Positions 1 through 7,815 of a stretch of 64,000 nt of DNA are shown here, in pieces. Position 1 is the stretch's first letter. Every line of letters starts with the position of its first letter. The stretch is from an uncultured delta proteobacterium (GTDB taxonomy: Bacteria > Myxococcota_A > UBA9160 > SMWR01), in contig CAWHTE010000011.1 of the NCBI GenBank assembly GCA_963832165.1, positions 96,001 through 160,000 on the forward strand. Direction: 5' to 3'. Under the pieces are notes generated by a model. That model saw only the letters and a program-made list of their open reading frames with translations, was not told the origin of the DNA and did no database searches. The position numbers were made by a program, and so were the translations under genes.

Positions 1-155
1 TTCAACAGCTCTTCCGAAACTCCGAACATTATCCTGCGAAACGTCGCAGCCTAACCGAATCACTCACCGCGCAACCCCGCGATTCGACGCGACTCCCTAC
101 CCACACCGGTAAAATAGGCTGCAAGCTCTCGCAGTATTCGCTGCATGGGGGCGCA

Positions 156-174
156 AGCTAATAAGTAGTTAGCC
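156..174 (+). other. Putative integron attI simple site
   Basis: AGCTAAT, a 5-bp spacer (AAGTA), then GTTAGCC (GTTRRRY core). GTTAGCCG is the exact complement of CGGCTAAC at the end of the following gene. No attC-type long hairpin precedes it. Confidence 0.6.
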
Positions 175-186
175 GGCGGGAAGGCG

Positions 187-567
187 ATGCAGACCTTGCG
201 GTCAATTCTCGTGCTCCTCCTCATCGCGATCATCCCGGCGTCGGCGCTCGCGGAGGTGTCCGACAAGGCACCCACGATTCCGCGCCATTGGGTTATCGCT
301 ATCCCCATCGCTGCAGTTCTCTTCGCGGCGGGAAGCCACCGATGGTGGCTTGGCGCGCTACTCGCCGTCGTTCCCATCTTCATCCTGCTCGGCTCGATCG
401 ACATGACGTTCGATCAGTACGTTGGTCCGGCTCTATGGCGCGAGCAGGGCTGGCCGTACTTCGCAAGCCTCTGGAGCTCGGACCTTCTCATGCTCGGTGC
501 CCTGCTGCTCGGCATTCGTCGCGGCTGGGCACGCCGACAACACTCCCATGAGCTACCCGGCGGCTAA
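187..567 (+). CDS. Gene cassette 1: small hypothetical membrane protein (126 aa)
   Basis: ORF starts 12 bp after the GTTAGCC core and its TAA lies inside the R'' box GGCTAAC. Signal peptide plus about 3 hydrophobic segments. Confidence 0.8.
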   Translation: MQTLRSILVLLLIAIIPASALAEVSDKAPTIPRHWVIAIPIAAVLFAAGSHRWWLGALLAVVPIFILLGSIDMTFDQYVGPALWREQGWPYFASLWSSDLLMLGALLLGIRRGWARRQHSHELPGG

Positions 568-690
568 CAAGCGCTTGAAGCTGCCGAGCCCTGCGAAGCG
601 TATCGAGGCTCGATACTGTCTGGCGTCGGCGCTCGGGGCGGTTCCACTGGCGGTCAGCGGGCTCGCAGCTTAAGCGCCGATCCGTTAGAT
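562..690 (+). other. Integron attC recombination site (129 bp)
   Basis: R'' GGCTAAC at 562-568 and R' GTTAGAT at 684-690. GCGCTTGAAGCTGC (571-584) pairs with GCAGCTTAAGCGC (665-677) with one extrahelical base, and pairing continues inward (CGAGCCC/GGGCTCG). Confidence 0.9.
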
Positions 691-703
691 CCTCTCTGCG
701 CTG

Positions 704-1690
704 TCAAGCGCTCATCGCGCAGAATTTCTCGCCGTCGAAGTTGCTATTGCTCGCCCACATTCCGTGGATGCTATGCAGGAGCTTTCGCTCTACGGCGACC
801 AGGGCTTGGATGGGCTTGAGTCCTCCTGCGAGGCGCTTCTGATAGAAGGTCCTCACACTGGGCTCCTCACGGGCTGCGACCATCGCCGGCATGTAGAGCG
901 CCGCTCGCAGGTGACTGTTTCCCTTCTTGCTGATCCGGGCGGGCTTGTGCAGCGAGGTTCCCGAGTCGTGCGCACGCGGGTCGAGTCCCGCGTGAGCGAC
1001 CCACTGACGAGGGGTCATGTCGGCGGGCAGCACGGCGAGCTCGGCGAGAATGCGCAGTGCGCTGGTGGTCGCGATGCCGCGGACCGAAATGAGCCGCTCG
1101 AAGCGTTGCGCGAGCTCGGGGTGCGCTTGCACGAGCTCGAGCGCCTGCTGCTGCAAACGCTCCAGGCTCTGCGCGAGATGCTCGAGGTGCGCTTCGATGT
1201 CCCAGGCGATCGCTTCGGTGAGCTCCGCACAGCGGCCCGCCGCATGAAGTCGATTGCGCTCCTGGGTTCGCGTGACGGTGAGGGCGCCGATCCGACGGAC
1301 GATCGCCCGTAGATCGAGGATCTCGGGCGCGGGCGGCTGCCACGATGCGAAAGGCATTCGCTGCGCAAACTCCAGCAGCACCCCTGCGTCCACGCGATCC
1401 GTCTTCGAGCGCTGCAGCAGCGCGCGTCCGAAGTCCCGCGCCGCCGAGGGGTTCACCACCATCACGTCGATCGCTCGCGCTCGATGCAGCGCTAATGCCA
1501 AGTCGAGGTGGTAGATGCCCGTCGCCTCCAGGCACACGCGCGCGGCCTTTCCGCGGCGGGTCAGCAACCGAATCAGTCGCTCGTGGCCCTCGATATCGTT
1601 GGCCAGTGTGACCCGCTCGGCACGCCCCTCGATCGCCACCGTGATCTCGTCCGCGCTGACATCGACTCCCACATAGCAGGCTCCACGCAT
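704..1690 (-). CDS. IS110-family DEDD recombinase/transposase (328 aa)
   Basis: Motifs VGVDVS, CLEATG and KTDRVDA (DEDD). C-terminal domain has AGLDP...DSG (catalytic Ser) and GNSHLRAALY. Confidence 0.95.
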   Translation of the reverse strand: MRGACYVGVDVSADEITVAIEGRAERVTLANDIEGHERLIRLLTRRGKAARVCLEATGIYHLDLALALHRARAIDVMVVNPSAARDFGRALLQRSKTDRVDAGVLLEFAQRMPFASWQPPAPEILDLRAIVRRIGALTVTRTQERNRLHAAGRCAELTEAIAWDIEAHLEHLAQSLERLQQQALELVQAHPELAQRFERLISVRGIATTSALRILAELAVLPADMTPRQWVAHAGLDPRAHDSGTSLHKPARISKKGNSHLRAALYMPAMVAAREEPSVRTFYQKRLAGGLKPIQALVAVERKLLHSIHGMWASNSNFDGEKFCAMSA

Positions 1691-1699
1691 GCGTCCCCC

Positions 1700-1865
1700 C
1701 GTGTTACGCTGCTTCCGGGTTCCCCGACCCTGTACCGTCGCCTACCGACCTTGTGGATGCAGGCTCTCGGGCCTCGGATCCTCCACGGCATGGGCGAAGA
1801 GGGCGGGGGACCCATCTAACGGACAAGCTCGTGGCTTCAGGCAGCAACGGTCTCCCCGGAAGCGT
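1700..1865 (-). ncRNA. Putative IS110 bridge RNA (ends approximate)
   Basis: Two stem/internal-loop/hairpin units at 1805-1856 and about 1729-1794. Their loop strands match the insertion site and the element's circle junction. Confidence 0.75.
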
Positions 1866-1917
1866 GATCATGCTAGGTCGGATCGTCGGCACGGCCACGG
1901 GGTAGATACAAGGCGTC

Positions 1918-2296
1918 ATGAGCAGGATCGCCGCAACCGCCGTTCTGTGCGCCTGCTGCCGTCATCGCCATTCAGGCGTGTACACAGGTCGCTGGGACGC
2001 GCGCGTATTCGCTCGATTCCCTGCAAGGCGGTTGGTGGTCAGACTGCAATGATCCCGCCGTCGAGTTTCTAATTCGTGGCACCGAGTACTCAGGCGACTT
2101 CGACGGTGCATACGAGCTCACACTTACCGGTGATGTCCTCGTGTTCACGGATGGGCTCGTCGATGGACACAGCACCAATGTCACCCACAAGCCGCTGTCA
2201 TTTCAGATTCTGACTCTGACGGACGAGCGGCTTGTATTGCGCCCATCGCCTGGCAACCCTCATGTCGGCGACTGGGATCTACTATCCTGCAAGTGA
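1918..2296 (+). pseudogene. Gene cassette 2: probable lipoprotein with a frameshift near 1945-1950
   Basis: ATG 1918 gives MSRIAATAVL. A shifted frame continues APAAVIAIQACTQV...GGWWSDCNDPAVEF...LLSCK* to TGA at 2294-2296. Confidence 0.6.
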
Positions 2297-2349
2297 ACTC
2301 CGCGAGATGAATGGCAGCGCGGACATTAGGCCGACGCGCGAGGGGCGGC

Positions 2350-3085
2350 ATGTTGCCCGAGAGCAGGAACATCGCCGACGCCTACTGGGCTGCAGACCTT
2401 GGTTGTGAAGCGGAGGCGCTCAGGCCGACGGAGCCGCGTGTGCAGCCCGTCAGCGGCAGGCACGCGGACTACAACGGCGCATTCATCCTGGTGCTCGATG
2501 GAGCGCCCGTCGTGTCCGTTCCGCCGTCGCTCCTTGCCGTCGTCTCTCCAAGGTCCGCCGAGTTCCGTGCGGATGTGGTTGCGGACCCGAAGCGGCTTCA
2601 CCCGCTCCTTCCTGGGTCGGACCCGACGCGCATGATTGGACCGGCCCACCTCTATTACGCCGATCGAGACCTGCTTCCGATCCACGTCGGCCCTGCCAGC
2701 GCGCCCGCTGAAACCCCTCGACGAAGCGGCCTTTCGGAGGCTCGAGGCCGCGTGCACACCTGGCGACTGGGAGCCGAAGGGATTCGACTTGGAGCCCGAC
2801 CGCACCCACGGCGCGTTCGACCCTGTTGGAGAGCTGCTTGCTGTCGCGAACTTCCGGGTCTGGGGCGAGCGCATCGCGCATCTCAGCGTCGTCGCCCGTC
2901 CGGATGCGCGCGGCAAGGGTCACGGCACGAGCGCGGTCGCTTCCGTCGCGCTCCATGCGCTGCAGTCCGGGTACCTCCTGCAGTACCGGGTTCTGGCTTC
3001 GAACGCGCCATCCATACGGATCGCGCAGAAGCTTGGCTTCCACTACTACGGTTGGTCCATGGCGGCGAGATTTGGCTCGGCTTAA
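2350..3085 (+). pseudogene. Cassette-like GNAT acetyltransferase, frameshifted near 2670
   Basis: N-terminal part from ATG 2350. The shifted frame carries VVARPDARGKGHG and NAPSIRIAQKLGF. Its stop lies in the R''-like GCTTAAC (3080-3086). Confidence 0.7.
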
Positions 3086-3093
3086 CAAGGGCG

Positions 3094-3600
3094 CTGACGC
3101 TCGTCCGCAGACTCGCTCGGCATGAGTGGCGCGAGTATCGCGAGCTTCGCCTGCGCGCTCTCGCCGACTCACCTTCTGCCTTCGCGACGACGCTCGCTGA
3201 CGCTCGGGCTCGCGGGGACGAAGACTGGTCCCGTCAAGTGGCCTTGGGAGCGGAGTCTCCATCCGAGATCGCGCTCGTCGCGGAGATGCACTCGCAGCTG
3301 GTCGGTCTCGTGTGGAGCCGGATCGACGATTCGGATCCCCACCGTGCTCATCTCTATCAGATGTGGGTCGACCCGGACTTCCGCGGCCTTGGAGCGGGAC
3401 GGGAGCTGCTGGCCTCCGCAATCCGCTGGGTCGCGAGCGTCAACGCCCGTGTCATCGTCCTGTCGGTCACCTGTGGCGACACTCCGGCGACGCGCTTGTA
3501 CGGGAACGCGGGCTTCGAGCCCGTCGGGCATCCCGAGCCCCTTAGGCCTGGATCAGACATACTGGCACAGCCCATGCAGCTCGAGTTGCGTGGTGCCTAA
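3094..3600 (+). CDS. Cassette-like GNAT acetyltransferase; canonical start codon missing
   Basis: LRLRALADSPSAF, MWVDPDFRGLGAG and ATRLYGNAGF motifs. Its stop lies in the R''-like GCCTAAC (3595-3601). Confidence 0.8.
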   Translation: MTLVRRLARHEWREYRELRLRALADSPSAFATTLADARARGDEDWSRQVALGAESPSEIALVAEMHSQLVGLVWSRIDDSDPHRAHLYQMWVDPDFRGLGAGRELLASAIRWVASVNARVIVLSVTCGDTPATRLYGNAGFEPVGHPEPLRPGSDILAQPMQLELRGA

Positions 3601-3714
3601 CAAGGCGCGGTTGCACCACTTGCGGCCGCGGTTGGTGACTCCCTTCCTTAGTCGCCACCCCGTTGACTTTCTCCGCGTGATGTGGCGAGATCCCTGCGGG
3701 GGGAATCGCATCGC

Positions 3715-4941
3715 GTGAGCGAGCCCGCTCGACCCGAAAAAAGCCTCGAGCGCGAGATCCGAGCGTTTCACTGGATCCGCCTGCTCGCGGAGCTCTCGGG
3801 CCGCTTCGCGGGCACCGATCAGGAGGGCGAGGCGGCGCGGCGCATCGAGTCGTGGCTGCGCGAGCTCGGCTTCGACGAGATCGGGTTCGCTTCGGTGCCG
3901 TCGCGGCCGCGCGCGGGTTGGGTGTGGGCCGCGCACTTCGTGCTGGGCGCGCTCGGCTGTGCGCTCGGCGGCCCTGCGGGACTGATCCTGGCGGGAGCTG
4001 CGATGCTCTCGTTCCGGCGCGAGGTCACGGGCGGGGCACCGCTGCTCTCGCGCTTGTTCCCCGCACGCGATTCGCAGAACATCGTCGCGCGCGTCGGATC
4101 GCTGCGGCCGCGCCGGCGCGTCGTGATCACGGCGCCGCTCGACGCCGCGCCCGCGAGCGGGCTGTTCGCGGGCCGGATCGCGGCGCGCAGCGCCGCTCCG
4201 CGTGCGGGCGATCGGCCGCCGCGCGGCCTAGCCGCGCTTCCCGTGTTGCTCTTCGACGCGGCGGCGATCGTCTGCGCGGCCGCTGCGCTGGGTGCGGACG
4301 GCACCGTGGTGCTGGCTGCACGCGCGGTGACGGGCGCAGCGCTCGCATTCGGCGCGCTCGCGGCGCTGCGCTGGGCGAGTGTCGCCGCGTCAGCGGGAGC
4401 GAACGACGCGTCGGGCGTGGCCGCGATGCTGTCGGCCGCCGAGCAGCTCGCGGCGCAGCTCCCTCCCGACGTCGAGCTCTGGTGCGCTGCGACCGGCGCC
4501 GAACACACGGGCTCGCGCGGCGTACACGCGCTGCTCGAGGCGCACCCCGAGTGGCACGACGGCAATACGGCGTTCGCGCACTTCGCGTGGGTCGGCGGCG
4601 GCGTGCTGCACTATGCGTGCAGCGAGGGTGAGCTCAAGCGCGCGCACTATCCGACCTCGCTGCTCGAGCTCGCGCGGCGGATCGCCGCGAGCGGCAGCTA
4701 CGGCGTCGTGTCTCCGGCCGACCTCGCCTTCCATACCGCGGGGGGGCTCACCGCGAAGCGCAGTCCACACGTGCTCTCGCTGGTCGCGCTCGAGCCGAAC
4801 GGCCTGCCGCGCGGCTTCCGCACGCGCGGCGGCGAGCCCGAGCAGATCGACACCGAGCTCGTGGTGCGCGCTGCCGACTTCGGCAGCTGCGTGCTGTCGG
4901 CCTGGCTGCGCGGGGACGCGGAGCCGCTCTCGTACGTGTAG
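3715..4941 (+). CDS. M28-peptidase-like membrane protein with degenerate metal ligands
   Basis: SQNIVAR, VVITAPLD, GANDASGVAAML and TGAEHTGSRG motifs, with hydrophobic inserts. Confidence 0.7.
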   Translation: MSEPARPEKSLEREIRAFHWIRLLAELSGRFAGTDQEGEAARRIESWLRELGFDEIGFASVPSRPRAGWVWAAHFVLGALGCALGGPAGLILAGAAMLSFRREVTGGAPLLSRLFPARDSQNIVARVGSLRPRRRVVITAPLDAAPASGLFAGRIAARSAAPRAGDRPPRGLAALPVLLFDAAAIVCAAAALGADGTVVLAARAVTGAALAFGALAALRWASVAASAGANDASGVAAMLSAAEQLAAQLPPDVELWCAATGAEHTGSRGVHALLEAHPEWHDGNTAFAHFAWVGGGVLHYACSEGELKRAHYPTSLLELARRIAASGSYGVVSPADLAFHTAGGLTAKRSPHVLSLVALEPNGLPRGFRTRGGEPEQIDTELVVRAADFGSCVLSAWLRGDAEPLSYV

Positions 4942-4948
4942 GCGATGT

Positions 4949-4982
4949 GGCGGATTACGCCCTTCGGGCTAATCCGCCCTAC
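4949..4982 (-). repeat. GTAG-type REP-like palindrome
   Basis: Minus strand reads GTAGGGCGGATTAGCCCGAAGGGCGTAATCCGCC. It lies between convergent genes. Confidence 0.8.
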
Positions 4983-5545
4983 AGCCGGATGCGCGGGCGC
5001 GCGCGGCGCCCGTTGGCGCTCTGCACGATCGCGCCCATGAGCATCCCCGCCGCGAGCACGCTCGCACCCGTGATCCACTCGGGCCAACGCGCTCCCGCGC
5101 GAAGCTCGAGATTCTCGCGCGTGAGCGAATCGAGCTCTTCCTTCTGAGCGGCGTCGGCCTCGCTGAGCTTCGTGTTCTCGGTCTCGAGCTGCTTCACGCG
5201 CTCGGTGAGCGTTCCGAATTGCCCGCGGGCCTCGGCGGTCTCCGTTCGCATGCGATCGATTCTCATCGCCGCGGGGGGCTCCGCGGCGAGGAAGCCGTCC
5301 TCGATCCAGCCGTCGCCGAGCTCGGACGACGTGCGCACCTGCACCCAACCCTCGCGGCGCGCGACGATCCCCACGGAATCGCCGGTCTTGATGAACCCCT
5401 TGATCCGGAACTCGTTCCCGGGACCCGAGCGCACGTTGAGGCGCAGCTCGTCCTTGACCCAGGCCGTCTCCGCGTCTGCGGCGAGCGCCGCGAACGCCAG
5501 GATCGCCGTGCCGGCCCACCGCGCCGTACGGGCGAAGCGCATCAT
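4979..5545 (-). CDS. SH3-domain protein (TIGR04211/YgiM-like)
   Basis: Signal peptide, LNVRSGPGNEFRI...GWI, a coiled coil, a C-terminal TM helix and a basic tail. Confidence 0.85.
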   Translation of the reverse strand: MMRFARTARWAGTAILAFAALAADAETAWVKDELRLNVRSGPGNEFRIKGFIKTGDSVGIVARREGWVQVRTSSELGDGWIEDGFLAAEPPAAMRIDRMRTETAEARGQFGTLTERVKQLETENTKLSEADAAQKEELDSLTRENLELRAGARWPEWITGASVLAAGMLMGAIVQSANGRRARPRIRL

Positions 5546-5725
5546 GCCTCGAACCCCCTTGCGTTCGAGGTTTTAACCTCTTCTCGGGCCGATTTCCACC
5601 GCCCGCTCGACAGGTTGCATCGGGGTTGCTGGGGGCGCTTCCGGGGGGGCAACCTAGACTGTCCCCGGGTTCCCGCCGCTCGTCGTGAACCCGGAATACG
5701 GCTCCAGCCGCCGGAGGCCGATCAC

Positions 5726-6408
5726 GTGTCCACGAGTCTGTTCAGCGCTGCGGCGCCCGCCACCGCGAGCGCGCAGAGCTCCAGGAAGTGCACCACCGCG
5801 TCGGGGACAACCTCAGCGTGATCTCGAGCCTGATCGACATGCAGACGCTCCAGGTGCGAGACGCCGCGGGCAGGCGCGAGCTCGAGGAATGCCACAGCCG
5901 GATCGTCGCGATCGCGCAGATCCACGAGCACATCTACCGCGCGAAGGACTACTCGCACGTGCCGTTCTCGGACTATGCGCGCAGCCTCGCGAGCGACCTG
6001 CTCAAGACGATCCCGGGCGCGCGTGCGCGCGTGGCGCTCGAATTCGAGCTCGAAGACGTCGCGCTGCCGATCGCCGTGGCGATCCCGTGCGGTCTGGTGC
6101 TGAACGAGCTGATCACGAACGCGTTCGAGCACGCGTTTCCGCCGCCGCGGAACGGCACCGTCCGCATCGAGCTCGCGTGGCTCGAGGGCGCGCGGCTGCG
6201 GCTCGCCGTGTCCGACGACGGGGTCGGCCTGCCGGAGGGATTCGACCTCCAACGCTCCGGCTCGCTCGGAATGCAGCTCGTCGTCGCGCTCGCGAAGCAG
6301 CTCGACGCGGTGATCGGCGCGGAGGCCGGACGCGGCGCTTCGTTCGCGATGACGCTCGCCGTCCGCAGGCGCTCCGCGGCGCCGCGATCGGAATGGCTCC
6401 CCGGGTAG
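5726..6408 (+). CDS. Sensor-less HisKA_2/HATPase histidine kinase; probable frameshift near 5775
   Basis: EVHHRVGDNLSVISSL, NELITNAFEHAF, DDGVGLP and GSLGMQLV motifs. GGAGG at 5713 precedes GTG 5726, which is out of frame with the 5788-6408 ORF. Confidence 0.75.
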
Positions 6409-6469
6409 GACTTGAACCTACGACCCAGCGGTTAACAGCCGCTTGCTCTGCCAACTGAGCTACCGGGGA
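6394..6469 (-). tRNA. tRNA-Asn(GTT)
   Basis: 76-nt cloverleaf TCCCCGGTAGCTCAG...GCGGCT GTT AACCGC...GGTTCAAGTCC...GGAGCCA. Confidence 0.97.
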
Positions 6470-7815
6470 TCGCCCTCGGGCTGCGGGAGTCTAGAGGCTG
6501 GAGGCTGGATTTCAACGAAGCCCGAGCCGGTCTTCGGCACCGCGATCACGATCGGCCGCGAGGTAGGGGCCTTGCGCCCGTCGCTGCGTTCGAGCTGGAT
6601 CCGGTAGCGGTAGGTCTGGCCCGGCATCACGTCCTCGTCGCGCAGCTCCGCAGTCTCGCTCGTGAACGTGCGCTCCTCGTAGAGCCCCCTCGTGCGCGTG
6701 ATGAGCGCGCGCACGAAGCCCTCGTTGGGACGCGCGTTCCAGGTGAGTCGCACCTCGTTCGGGCTCGCAGAGGCCCGCCATTCGTAGCCGAGGCCGGTCG
6801 CGTTCACGGGCGTCGAGGGCCGACTCTCGAGCCCGTCGCGGTCTACCGCGACCAGCGTGTACTGATAGGTGGCCTCGGCTCCCGCGCGGATGTCCTCGGC
6901 GCTCGTCTTGCTTGCGCCCACGTAGGTGACCGTCTGGGCGGGTTTCCCCTTTCGCCAGCGGAGCAGCCGGTAGCCGAGCAGATCGGTCTCGACGTTCGGC
7001 TCCCACGCGAGCGCGATCGCGCCGAGGCGGCGTCCATCGACGTGCAGCGAGATCGGCGGCAGCGGAGCGGGCTTCGTCACCGCGCGCAGCACTGCGCTCG
7101 GGGCGCCGCGCTCGCCGGCGAGATTGCGGCACGACACGCGGTAGTGTAGAACGCGCAGGTTGCCGAGACCCGTGTCGAGCAGGTGCGTGGTTTGACGGCC
7201 GTCGAGCTCGGCCACCACCTCGAACGGTCCGCCCGGATTGGGGCTGCGCTCGACGATGTAGCCCGACACGGTCGGATCGCTCGAGGGGCTCCACGTGAGC
7301 GGAATCGACCGCGGTTGGTGACTCCACGCGCGCAATCCCTCGGGAGGCGCCGGCAGCGGCGCGCTCGTCGCGGTCACGACCGGCGAGGCGGTCGACGACA
7401 CGTGCCCGTCGTGCGCGAACGCGCGCAGGCGGTAGAAGCGCGTGGCGCCGTCGCCGAGCGGCTCGTTGGGCTCACCGCGATCGACCCACGCGAGCATGCC
7501 GCGGTCGCGCAGCGCCACGCGCGCGCGGAACGGTCCCGACGCGGAGGCGCTGCTCTCGACGACGTAGCCCGCAACGCCCGGGATCAGCACGGGATCCCAG
7601 CGCAGCGGGATCTCGCGGTACTGCCCGTCCGCCGCGCGGACCGCCTCGGGAGCGGGCAGATCGGCGGGCGGGTCGTAGACGAGCGCGGGTTCGGGCGCGG
7701 CGACCGGCGCACGCGCGGCGACCCAGGGCAGCGACGCGTTCGCGCACGCGCTGGCGGCGCCCGCGGCGACGACGGCGAGCGCGTAGAGCGGGATCCGGCG
7801 CCAGCGAGAGTTCAT
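6460..7815 (-). CDS. Fibronectin type III repeat lipoprotein
   Basis: Lipobox-like ASAC after a signal peptide, and repeated LxW...GY.V...Y.Y FN3 patterns. ATGA overlap with the upstream gene. Confidence 0.8.
   Translation of the reverse strand: MNSRWRRIPLYALAVVAAGAASACANASLPWVAARAPVAAPEPALVYDPPADLPAPEAVRAADGQYREIPLRWDPVLIPGVAGYVVESSASASGPFRARVALRDRGMLAWVDRGEPNEPLGDGATRFYRLRAFAHDGHVSSTASPVVTATSAPLPAPPEGLRAWSHQPRSIPLTWSPSSDPTVSGYIVERSPNPGGPFEVVAELDGRQTTHLLDTGLGNLRVLHYRVSCRNLAGERGAPSAVLRAVTKPAPLPPISLHVDGRRLGAIALAWEPNVETDLLGYRLLRWRKGKPAQTVTYVGASKTSAEDIRAGAEATYQYTLVAVDRDGLESRPSTPVNATGLGYEWRASASPNEVRLTWNARPNEGFVRALITRTRGLYEERTFTSETAELRDEDVMPGQTYRYRIQLERSDGRKAPTSRPIVIAVPKTGSGFVEIQPPASRLPQPEGDPR

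Larger units (their letters stand above)
689..1905 (-). mobile_element. IS110-family insertion sequence (about 1217 bp) inserted in the attC R' core
   Basis: TAGAT occurs at both junctions (686-690 and 1903-1907). No terminal inverted repeats. About 215 bp of non-coding DNA 5' of the transposase and about 15 bp 3' of it. Removing it restores TCCGTTAGATACAAGGCGTCATG (attC core plus next cassette start). Confidence 0.85.

Noticed and set aside
686..707. Perfect TTGACA (707-702, minus) as the -35 of a circle-junction promoter
   Set aside because: Across the inferred junction the hexamer at 17 bp is CCCGTG, and the nearest -10-like TAGCAT (1875-1870) is 43 bp away.
1814..1907. ATCTAAC...GGTAGAT as an attC that would make the transposase a gene cassette
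   Set aside because: The distal box lacks GTT and there are no paired L boxes. ATCTAACGGA is better explained as the bridge-RNA target guide.
686..1907. TAGAT as a 5-bp target-site duplication
   Set aside because: IS110 elements recombine at a short core without duplication. The identity is explained by a CT core plus similar donor and target flanks.
2311..3600. 429-aa single ORF
   Set aside because: It is a chimera of the frameshifted GNAT-1 N-terminus, an off-frame stretch and GNAT-2.
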